A stretch of DNA of 64,000 bases from Azolla caroliniana (Eukaryota > Plantae > Polypodiophyta): the NCBI GenBank assembly GCA_043228905.1, contig JBHGNT010000001.1, forward strand, positions 16,616,001 to 16,680,000. Direction: 5' to 3'. The stretch's first letter is position 1. Every line of letters starts with the position of its first letter. A program made the translations under genes and the position numbers. Of this stretch, positions 1-10,900 are shown one piece after another. Below the pieces are notes generated by a model. It was not told where the DNA came from and did not search any database. It saw nothing but the letters and a program-made list of their open reading frames with translations.

Positions 1-54
1 ATATATTTATTTATTTATTTATATATCTATCGCCGGATGTTAGATGCCGCCATT

Positions 55-118
55 TGGCTTAGTGGTAAGCCTATAGACTCTCAACTTGGAGGTGCAAGGT
101 TCAAATCCACACTTGCAC
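55..118 (+). other. tRNA-derived Pol III promoter-like head (SINE-like), A and B boxes
   Basis: TGGCTTAGTGG (55-65) and GGTTCAAATCC (98-108) at tRNA-like spacing. Similar to the minus-strand copies at 17238-17291 and 22829-22882. No convincing cloverleaf. Confidence 0.55.
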
Positions 119-127
119 TCCTCGTGT

Positions 128-180
128 ATATATATATATATGTATACATACATATATATATTTATTTATTTATATATCTA
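128..180. repeat. (TA)n/(TTTA)n microsatellite
   Basis: Direct reading; a similar tract lies at 1-30. Confidence 0.8.
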
Positions 181-539
181 TCTGGTCGCCGGATGCCGCC
201 GACTCACCGGCTCAGTCGTAGGTTCGGTTTCGGTTGGCGAAAACTTGTAGCTAGGCCACACTCACTCATCATATTCTTTGTTCAAGTCACCTTGAACTCT
301 CTATGCTCCACACATTGACACAAAGATAATAGCTTTTGCTCTACTTTATATATTGTAGGGTTCTTGTTTGTCCTATCTATGTGGGATATCTCACAATTTT
401 ATTTTTCTCTTCTTCCTTCTCCTACTTCATTCACATAACTTGTCACTTAGATATCCGTTTTTTATGTGGTAAAACACATTTGAAAGCTCTTGAAGACCTC
501 CATCTTTTTATACAATTTCCACACTATTGTTGAAAATCT

Positions 540-3500
540 TCACGACAACGTTCTAGTGCGATCGGCCTCAGTTGTGCATGAATCTGCTGACGACTCCTAC
601 AACGTGAGAAATATCAGGCTATGTTGCGACCATCGCGTACATAAGGGAGCCAATTGCGGGTGCATACGGTATTGACTTCATATCTTCCCCATCCGGACCA
701 GATGTCGGGTAGTCTTGCTGAGACAACCGAAGGTTAATGGGGATTGGGGTCGAAGCAGATTTGGCTGAGTGCATGTTGAAGCGTTCCAAGACATGTTCGA
801 CGTAGTTGGTTTGAGACAAGAAAAGTTGTCGTTTATCGCAATGCCGACTAATCTTGCCGGACCGAAGTCCCTCATGGCAAAATTCAGCCACAGTTTCCAA
901 ACGAGTTCGGTGAGCTCTCCGGCATGTTAGCCGGAGAGTAGCATGTTGTCCACGTAAATGATGAGGAAGACGAGAGACCTGTCTTGAGTTGTTTTGGTGA
1001 AGAGACAATGGTCCTCATTGCTCTTGGAGAAGCCGACCAACTGGATGAAGTCGTCGAACTTCTTGTACCACTGTCGAGGTGCTTGTTTCAGGCCGTATAA
1101 CCTATTCCTGAGTCAGCAGACTAGATGTTCCTGGCCGGATGCCACAAAGCCTTTTGGCAGCTCCATATAGATTTCCTCCTGTAGGTCACCGTGGAGGAAT
1201 GCCGATTTTACATATAGTTGAATCAGCTCCAAGTTGTCGGCGGCCACGACGCTGAGCATGAAACGAAGGGTTGTCCTTTTCACCACTAGTGAAAAGATTT
1301 CGTCGAAGTCGACGCCATATTCTTGTCAAAATCCATTCGCAACTAATCTGGCCTTGTACTTTGGGTTGGTTGAGACGGACGTCTCTTTTAGTCGATAGAC
1401 CCATTTACATGGAAGAGCACGTCGATTCTTCGGTAAGTCGACCAAGTCCCAAGTCTTGTTTGCATGAATGGAGTGCATTTCCGACTCCATTGCCAGAGAT
1501 GCTAGGTGGCTGAGTCGGCAGATGCCGACGCTTCTTCGTAAGACATCGGTTCGCCGGTGTCGGTAAAGAAAATGCCGGGAGAGTACCTCACCAGAGGTTG
1601 CGACAGTCTCTCGGATCTGTGGGGTATGACTGGACTAGTCACACCGGGTGTCGATGTCAGATGGTCGGGAGTCGAGCCATTCGGTTGTGCCGAATCGGTG
1701 GATTCGGTGCGAGAGTTGTCGGTTACCCGTGAAACCGATCTCATGTGGTGGGTTGGGCCGTCATGAAGGGTTGGCACTTCAGAAAATATTACCCTTCGGA
1801 CTTCAATAGGCCTTTCGGGCGTTTTATGCATAGCTGACTCATTGAACACGACGTTCGAACTTCGGACGATTTGTCTATGCTCGGGGTCCCAGAGTCGGTA
1901 TCCGATCTCGTCGTCGGGTCTATATCCAAGGAAAACGCATTTTATTGATCTTGGTTTGAGTTTCCGGCGATCATCTTTTGGTATGAGGGCGTATGCCTCA
2001 CAACTGAAGATCCTCAGCTTGTCATAATTTGGCGTACTACCAGTTCATATTTCTTGAGGTATTTTAAGTCCAAGAGGTCTACTTGGTGACACATTTATTA
2101 TGTGTACTGCCGTAAGTAGAGCCTTCGCCCAGAAGCCATCCGACAGTCCGGAGTGTTGGAGCATGGATACTATGCGTTCTTGAATCATCTGATTCATGCG
2201 TTCTGCGATTCCATTCTGCTCTGGACTATAAGGTGTCGTATATTCACGTCGAATGCCACGTTCCCGACAAAATTTGACGAATTCTTCAAACTTGAATTCT
2301 CCTCTGTTGTCGGTTCGGAGACATTTCAGTTTCCGACTGGTCTGATTTTCGACCATTGCAAGCCATTCGGAGAAGATCGAGAACACCCGAACTTTGGTTC
2401 TGATGGGGTAAGCCCACACCTTCCGAGTCGAGTCGTCAATAAAACTGACAAAGTACAAAGCACCGCCGAGAGACTAATGTGGCATCAGGCCACAGACGTC
2501 CGAGTGGACCAAATCGAGGGGACTCGATTCTGTTGGCGCTCATGTCGGGTGTGATGCGGCTACCTGTTTTCCGTACTAGCAATGCTCGCAGAATTGGTGA
2601 TCCGAGAAGGAGAGTTTAGGGATGTAACCGGCTCTGGATAGGTGCGTTATGCCGGCCTTGCTGAGGTGTCCAAGTCATCCGTGCCATAATGATGACACGA
2701 GGATATCAACCAGAAATAAGTAACCCTCTTTGAGTGTGACATATAAAGGGTACAAAGAGTGTACCTTTGGTCCTCAAGCAAGTAGGAGGTTCCCTTTGTG
2801 GAGTGTCCACCCTCCTGATGAGAACCCGGCACGGATGCTGGCTTCGTCAAGCTATCCGACTGAGATCAAGGGTCTTGAGAGGTCAGGAATGTGTCAGACA
2901 TTGTGTAGTACGAGTGTAGAGCCACTGGGAAGGTTGAGCTCTACGGTGCCGATTCTGATTATAGCACAGTGCTGCGAGTTTCCGACTTGAACAGAGTCGG
3001 AGTGCCGGTTCGAGTATTGCCGAAACTGAGATCGGTGAGATATCACATGATACGATGCGCTTGAGTCCAGGAGCCATGTGCTCGATTCCTCAGTCGTAAG
3101 CAGAACTTCTGATTCGACTGGGTTCTCTATGGACTGTATGTTCGGGTCTATCGTCAAAATTTCGGCTAAAGAGCCGACATAGTTGACCTCCTCATGCCGG
3201 CTACTCTTCTAATTCGCTCTTTGAGCTTTGTCGGTTTTTTCTTTGAGTGCCCAACAGTTGGCTTTGATGTGTCCTGGTTTCTTGCAGTAGTTGCAGATTT
3301 GGTTGTCCTGGGACTTGCTCCGGCTTCGTTGATTGTTCGGCGGTTGTGAAGAACTTCTTTCTTGGTTGTTCGATCAGTCGGTTGAACCTTGTACTACGTA
3401 AGCTTCATCTGCCGAGTCTTTGGCGAAAGATTTTGTCCGAGCTGCTTCAGTCAGGATTGCGCTCGTGACTTCGGAGTACTTAACGACAGCTTGAAGCATT

Positions 3501-3998
3501 GCACACGGTTGTAACGAAAGTTTCCCATGAAGAGGGGAGACTACTCATGAGTATCATTGCTCTGAGTTCATCCTCGATTGCCATCCCCTGAGATGAGATT
3601 TGGGAGCTTATGCTTTCGTATTCGTTGAGGTGTGCCTGAACCGAATCAGATTCTTTCATCCGCAAGTTGTAGAGGCACCGGATCAGATACATCTTCGTTG
3701 TCGTGACCTTCTTTTCATAAGTTTCTGACAGTGTTTTCCAAAGTTCAAAAGCTATCGTGCATGATTGCACTGTGAAGTACACTGACTCTGACAAGTGCAT
3801 CCGAATCGTGGCACGGACAATTCTGTCTAGCTTTAGCGACTCATTTGCCTTGTATGCATCTGGAGGATTTTCATTCTCAATCGGGTCTATCTGACCCTTG
3901 ACTATGAGATAGTCCTACATTTGTTCCTTCCAGAAGTTGAAGTTCGAACCGTCGAACCTCCTTAGACTCATCTCTGATGAGCCGGATGTTGATGCCAT
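540..3998 (-). pseudogene. copia gag-pol pseudogene (family A)
   Basis: ATG at 3998 (MASTSGSSEMSLRRFDGSNFNFWKEQM). Motifs YFVSFIDDSTRKVW, PEQNGIAERMN, SLMYAMVAT. Many stops and frameshifts. Confidence 0.9.
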
Positions 3999-4669
3999 CT
4001 CCTTCGGTTTTGGTTGGTAAGATTCGGTTCAGAGTTGACTACGAACCTTAGTGGGGTGCAGCTGGTCGGCTCACCCAATATCGTTCTAGTCGGTTTTGAA
4101 CCCGAGTCAGTTTGGTTTCAGGTACTTGTTGCTGAACTTGCTCGGAGTGTCTCCGGTAACTTGAGGGACAGAACCGGTTGGTCTTCCCGAATGTTGCCGA
4201 GTCGGAGTGAGCCCGGTTAGCTTCTGATTGTATGCCGAATATCGATTACAAGAAAACCGATTGTTTGGACCGATTCTGCTTCGGATGACTCCATCGATGA
4301 GAGGGACGGATCCAACTGATCCTCCTGAATGTCGATCAGTAGAATGAAGCATGAATTTGGTTGTTGCCAGGAGACCAATATGCAGTGGATGGTTACAACA
4401 AGCGGGTTAATAATGTCTGGTGACCTATTCGGATGTTGTTTAACCGAATGAAGCACGATTGGGTCGGTTGTTGCACAAGGAGCTCCCCTCAAGCGGTTAC
4501 CATCACAGGAACAGAGTACAGCCGGCTGGCTTACTCCAATTTGTGATTTAGCACAGTGAGATGCGAGCTTTTTGTTTTTCTTCTCCCTTCTCTGTTCTTC
4601 AAAGAAAACGAAAGCAGAATGTTGTGTGGTGTACTATGACGGTAGACAGTGGGTTGAAGAACCTCCAAC

Positions 4670-4681
4670 GCTCTGATACCA
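4670..4681 (-). promoter_or_regulatory. primer-binding site (tRNA-iMet)
   Basis: Reverse complement TGGTATCAGAGC, 2 nt from the LTR end. Confidence 0.9.
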
Positions 4682-4683
4682 AA

Positions 4684-4980
4684 TGTTGGGGAACAAGGTC
4701 GTCAATGTGGAAGAACAAATATCATCCTGTGATGTTGAAGGACCTGTGTATGGGAATGAACAAGACATATATATATATATAGAGAGAGAGAGATAGGCAC
4801 AAAGAAACGTTTATATTTCTCAATATAGCAACAGTTACAAAATAACAACCAACCTTTACTAAAGGTTACAAAGTCACTATATATAGTGATTATCCTAGGG
4901 TAACTGCCCTTTATGCTATTTACAGAAATAGCCCAAACTTGGGCTGTCCAAAGGGAGAGTGTGAATATGGCCATTATACA
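4684..4980 (-). repeat. 5' LTR of family-A copia
   Basis: TG...CA ends next to the PBS, TATA-like tract and (TA)(GA) microsatellite. The far boundary is inferred from where the next element's RT starts. Confidence 0.65.
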
Positions 4981-6306
4981 CTCATATTCGACACACTAGG
5001 TGCTCCTTCCCTTTCTTCTCAAATCCTTCCGGTTCATGCATGTAGATCTCTTCTTCGAGGTCTCCGTGTAGGAATGCCGTCTTGACATCCAGTTGCTCTA
5101 CCTTGAGGTCCATGCTTGCCGTTATGCCCAAAACCGTCTGGATGGATGTCATCTTTACTACCGGGGAAAAGATCTCATCAAAGTCCACTCCTTTCTTCTG
5201 CTGGAAACCCGATATTCTCCTCGTTGTCCACTTGAACCGCCTTCAGCTTCCGACCGGTTTCTCTTTCCACTCTCAAGTGGAGTTCCTTGAAGACGGTTAG
5301 CACCTGATCCTACTTCTTCAACGGTGAGACCCACAACTTTCGGTTGTGGTCATCTATGAACGTCACGAAGTACTGCGATCCAGCATGTGACTTCGTGTCT
5401 ACTTGACACACATCGGTATGCACCAACTCTAGTGGTGCATTCTGTCTCATTGGTGGTCTTGACCGGAAGGAGATTCGATTTTGCTTGCTGGCCAGGCAGT
5501 CGGTGCACTTCTCAAGTTGCACGCCCTTCACCGGAATGAGGTTGTCTTCGGCAAGCCTCTTCATCCCCTTCTCACTCATGTCACACAATCTTGTGTGCCA
5601 TAGCTCACCGTTAGTGTCAGATGCTACATTCACTTCTTCCCGGCATATCCGGGCATGCATCAAGTATAGTGTGTTGACCTTCCAGGATCGAGCCACTATT
5701 AAGCTCCCTGTTCCGGATGCTACCTGTGTAGCCTTCATCATCTAGCTGACCGGCTGATATCAGGTTTAGTCGAACCTCCGGAATGTGTCAGACATCCCTC
5801 AGCAGCAACTTGCATCCAATTGATGCCGTCAACAACACATCTCCTATGCTGATAATTCGGCATGTCCCTTCATTCCCCATCTGGACATCGCTGTGCTCAC
5901 TGGCTGTGTAGGATGAGAAGCATTTCCGGTCCGGGGTAAGGTGGAATGACGCTCCGGAATCGACAACCCATGTGGTATCGTCGACGGCAAGGTTCAACCC
6001 ACTCTCCTCGGTGATGAGCATTAGTTCTTCTTCACTTGCCGCTATCGATGTCGTTCCCTTCCGGTCCGGGCCTCTCCGATCCGAACCGCTGGTGACTTCT
6101 TCGAATCGGTACAGTCGGTTCCCTTGTCTTTCCGGAAATGCCAATAGTTCTTCTGGAAGTGCCCCGGCTTGTCACAATAGAAGCAAGTGGGCCTCCCCGT
6201 TGACTTTGACCGTGTCCCCGATGTTTCCCAGTTCTGGGGACTCCGATTCCTTTGTCTTCCCCGTCCCGATTTGGTAAGCAGGGCTTTGGCATCAGAGATC
6301 ACCTCC

Positions 6307-6730
6307 TATCATGGACAAGTATAATAGAGTAGAACGAAGATAAGACTGGAGAACAAGAGAGAGGAAAAGAACAAGAGCTCAACTTATAGAATCCGTAACT
6401 TGTGTTGTTCACCCTGATTAGAATCAAGGTGCACATGAGTATTTATACAAGAGGGTAGGGCTATGTAAGCCAGCTAGAAATAGAGTGCATTAGGATGCAT
6501 GCAACAGAGTACGCATGAGGATGCATGCAATAGAGAATGCATGAGGATGCATGCAAGCTAGAGAATGAGAATGCATGTAAGCTAGGAACTTCCAATGTTC
6601 AATCTACACTATATGAAGTTGAATTAAATACAAGGATGCATATGTAGCTCAAGTGGTAGGGTTTGCCCAATAGAGACCATGAGGTATTGGGTTCAATCCC
6701 TACCTTCCTTTGTGGCATATGTCTATGACA
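6307..6730. mobile_element. solo LTR (424 bp) with 5-bp TSD CCTCC
   Basis: CCTCC at 6302-6306 and 6731-6735. Ends TATCATGGAC...GTCTATGACA form an imperfect inverted repeat. Removal restores the gag sequence seen at 63661-63690. Confidence 0.82.
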
Positions 6731-7153
6731 CCTCCTTGTCTTTCCGACGCGCCTCCTCATCTAGCAAGCTCGACTTGACTCTTGCTAGGGATAGTTGTTT
6801 TCCTTCCGGCCCGACGTTGCCCAACGTGACAACTAACGTCTCCCAGCTATCAGGAGGGAATCGAGCAAGAGTAGAGAAAGTACTGCATCGAGGAGAGGTA
6901 CTTCCAACGAGGTTGCTTGGTGTATCAGCCCCTGGAAGGCATTCATGTGCTCCGCCATACTGGAGCCTTCTTGGTATCGGAGCCTCACGAGCTTCCGAAA
7001 TACCAAAACCCGATTAACGACATTCTTGTTTTGGAACATGATGCCGATCTTCTCCTAGAGTTCATGAGCCTTGCTCTCTTCATTGAAGTTGTTGTACAGG
7101 CTCATGTCGATGGAGGACCGGATGTATGCCGTCGTCTTCATGTGCATCACCTC

Positions 7154-7898
7154 TGTTGGGAAACAGGTCCCTCCGGATGGGAAGAACAGTGCCGACGAAC
7201 AAACTCGGCCAAGGCCGACAGGCCGAGGCCGACCCAGTATGAACCGGATGAGGAGTACCCGACTGCGGAGAGTCGGATGGTGCAGACCCGGTATGAACCG
7301 GATGAGGAGTACCCGACTGAGGAGAGTCGGATGGTGCAGCCCCGGTATGAACCGGATGAGGAGTACCCGACTGAGGAGAGTCGGATGGTGCAGGCCCGGT
7401 ATGAACCGGATGAGGAGTACCCGACTGAGGAGAGTTGGATGGAGCCCATCGAGGCTACATTTGTAAATAGCCAAAAAGTCATATTAGTATAAATATGACT
7501 TAGGGCAAACCTTTTTGTAGTTGTTGTCATTCTTGTTGTTATTCTTTCTTGTTGGTGCAAGAAGAAATCAGAGCGTGTAACTGTAAAGAGAGAGAGAGAG
7601 AGAGAAATGAGGTCGTTGCCTCTGTTGTAACCGCCGCCTGTGGCGAAGATCTGAGAACACGAGGTCGTTGCCTCAGTGATCTCACTGTTGTATATTTCTG
7701 CATAGTGACAGTTTGCAGCTCGTGGGCTGCCGTGGTTTTTTCCCCTATTTTGGGGTTTTTCCACGTATACCTCCTGTGTACCATTTCTCCTTTTTCTTCT
7801 CCTCTTTTGTGTCGCGTCTCATTACCTGTTTTCTGTGTATGAAAAAGGATCTCGGTTGTGGCCGAGCGTCGGACATAAGGAACGTCGAGTTCCCAACA
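7154..7898 (+). repeat. 5' LTR
   Basis: TGTTGGGAA...TTCCCAACA; direct repeat of 12001-12745. Confidence 0.97.
7231..7442 (+). repeat. 54-bp tandem repeat (~4 units) in LTR U3
   Basis: Units start at 7231, 7285, 7339 and 7393; repeated at 12078-12289. Confidence 0.95.
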
Positions 7899-7900
7899 AG

Positions 7901-7912
7901 TGGTATCAGAGC
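7901..7912 (+). promoter_or_regulatory. primer-binding site (tRNA-iMet)
   Basis: TGGTATCAGAGC, 2 nt after the LTR. Confidence 0.95.
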
Positions 7913-7928
7913 AAAATCGACACAGAAA

Positions 7929-10900
7929 ATGGACGAATCGTTTGGCAGCATGTTCAAGCTCACCGGCTCCAACTATTCAGTGTGGAAGTCGAAGATGAGG
8001 GACATGCTCGTGGTTAATGACCTCTGGCTGCCGGTTCAGTTCGGGGACAAGAGACCGGCCAAAATCGACGCCGCGATATGGGAGGTGATGCACATGAAGA
8101 CAACGGCGTACATACGGCGCTTCATCGACATGAGCCTGTACAACAACTTCAATGAAGAGAGTAAGGCTCATGAGCTCTGGGAGAAGATCAGCACAATGTT
8201 CCAGAACAAAAATGCTGTCAATCAGGCGTCGGTATTCCGGAAGCTTGTAAGACTCCGGTACCAAGACGGCCACAGCATGGCGGAGCATATGAATGCCTTC
8301 CAGGGGCTGATTCACCAGGCAACGTCATTGGAAGTACCTCTTGCCGATGAGGTCCTAGCGCTACTCCTGCTCGGTTCCCTCCCGGATAGCTGGGAGACGT
8401 TAGTTGTCACTTTGGGCAACGCCGGGCCGGAAGGAAAACGGCTATCCCTAGCAAGAGTAAAGTCGAGCTTGCTAGATGAGGAGGCTCGTCGGAAAGACAA
8501 AGATACGAGTTCCGACTCCAAAGCGCTCCTTACCGAATCGGAACGCGGAAGACATAGAAACCGTAGTCCCCAGAACCGGGAGAAGTCGGGGACACGATCA
8601 AAGTCAAGGGGGAGACCGACTTGCTTCTATTGCGGCAAGCCGGGACACTTCCAAAAGAACTGTCGGCATTTCCGTAAAGACAAGGAAACCAACGGTACTG
8701 ATTCGAAGCAAACACCGAACCGAAACGGTACAGACCGGAACGGTAAAGATCGGAGGGGGCCGGACCGGAAGGGAACGACGGCAATTGCGGCAAGTGAAGA
8801 GGAGTTGATGCTCATTACCGAGGAGAGTGAGATAAACCATGCCGGCGATGAGATGACCTGGGTGGTAGACTCTGGAGCGTCGTTCCACCTTACCCCGGAC
8901 CGGAAATGCTTCTCATCCTACTTAGCCGGTGATCACGGCTGTGTCCGGATGGGGAATGAAGGAACATGCCGAATTGTCGGCATAGGAGACGTGTGGCTGA
9001 CAACACCAACCGGATGCAAGTTGCTGTTGAAAGATGTCCGACACGTTCCGGAAGTTCGTCTGAACCTGATATCAACCGGTCGGCTAGATGATGAAGGCTA
9101 CACGGGTAGCATCCGGAATGGTGTCATGAAGTTCAGCAAAGGGAGCCTGATTGTGGCTCGGGCCCGGAAGGTAAACACCCTGTACCTGATGAATGCCCGG
9201 TTATGTCGGGAAGAAGTGAACGTGGCCTCCGACACTGCCGTTGAGCTGTGGCACAAGAGGCTATGTCACATGAGTGAGAAGGGGATGAAGAGGCTTGGAG
9301 ACGACAACCTCATTCCAGTGAAGAACGTGCACTTAGAGAAGTGCACTGATTGTCTGGCCGGCAAGCAGAACCGAACCTCCTTCCGACCAAGGCCACCGGT
9401 GAGACGTAATGCACCACTGGAGCTGGTGCATACGGATGTTTGTCAAGTAGACACGAAGTCACATGCCGGAGCGCAGTACTTCGTGACGTTCATAGATGAC
9501 CACAGCCGGAAGCTGTGGGCCACACCGCTGAAGACGAAGGATCAGGTGTTATCCGTCTTCAAAGAGCTCCACGCGAGAGTGGAAAGAGAAACCGGTCGGA
9601 AGCTCAAGGCGGTTCGAGCAGATAACGGAGGTGAGTACCGGGGGCAGTTCGAGGAGTACTGCCGCTCGAAGGGAATCCGGCTCAAATTTACCGTGCCGAA
9701 GACGCCGGAACTAAACGGACTGGCCGAGAGGATGAACCGGACCATAATGGAGAGGGTCCGAAGTATGCTAACGCATGCAAAACTACCCAAGAAGTTTTGG
9801 GCTGAGGCACTGTCGACGGCGACATATGTGATAAACAGATCACCCTCAGTACCCTTGAATGGAGACACGCCACAGAGAGTATGGACCGGTAAGGAAGTGT
9901 CCTACCGGCATGTAAGGGTGTTCGGGTGTCTCGCGTACGTGCATGTAGCAAAGGACCGGAGAGGAAAGCTAGATCCAAAGACCCGGCCATGCATATTCCT
10001 CGGTTACGGTGACGACGAGTTCGGCTACCGAGTGTGGGACCCGGTCGACAAGAAGGTATTCCGGAGTCGAGATATTATCTTCATGGAGGACAAGACGCTC
10101 GCCGAATGGGAGTCGGAGAAGAAGATAGTGAACTCCGAGTCGACCGGTAAGGATAGACTCTACAATGAGCAGACCCAACCGGCAAGAGACCAGTTAGCAC
10201 TCGAGGAACCAGCCGGTTACGGTGAGGATACTGAACCGGCAGAAGAAGAAGTAGAGGAAGTTGAGACCGGAACCGGTCAAGATCCCAAATCGGATTCGGA
10301 TGAAGAGCAAATGGAGGAACCGATTACCGAAGCCCAAGGACGTAGATATCCTCTCAGAGAGAGAAGGGCACCCCGGAGATTTCCGGATGCAGAGCATGTC
10401 CTGCTAACCGATGAGGGGGAGCTGGAAAGCTTCGAAGAAGTGAAGGAAGACACCCACAGTCGAAAATGGTTAAGTGCCATGCAGGATGAGATGGATTCCC
10501 TGCATGAGAACCATACGTACGAATTGGTGGAGCTGCCGAAAGGAAAGCGGGCACTCCGAAACAAGTGGGTATTCAAGTTGAAACCGGGAGATGCCGGCAA
10601 CCCCCCGAGATACAAAGCCAGGATCGTGGTGAAGGGGTTCCAGCAGAAGAAGGGCGTGGACTTCGACGAAATATTCGCCCCGGTAGTAAAGATGACCTCC
10701 ATCCGGACGGTGCTGAGTATAGCAGCAAGCATGGATCTCGAGGTAGAGCAGCTGGACGTGAAGACGGCATTCCTTCACGGCGACCTCGAAGAGGAGATCT
10801 ACATGCAGCAACCGGAAGGATTTGTGGAGAAAGGGAAGGAGCACCTGGTATGCTGGTTGAAGAAGAGCCTATACGGACTGAAGCAGGCTCCCTGGCAATG

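Larger units (their letters stand above)
540..4980 (-). mobile_element. Ty1/copia LTR retrotransposon (family A), decayed, 3'-truncated within RT
   Basis: Minus-strand order gag (3480-3998), protease (WLLDSSASYH), integrase (2045-2458), RT (619-1500). Met-PBS and a candidate LTR upstream. No RNase H or 3' LTR. Confidence 0.9.

Noticed and set aside
6640-6710. Functional tRNA genes (also 55-118 and 17238-17291)
   Set aside because: A/B boxes only; no consistent acceptor and anticodon stems.
7713-7928. N-terminal 72 aa of the 1418-aa ORF call
   Set aside because: Starts at a non-ATG codon inside the LTR, upstream of the PBS. The paralog at 17940 supports the ATG at 7929.
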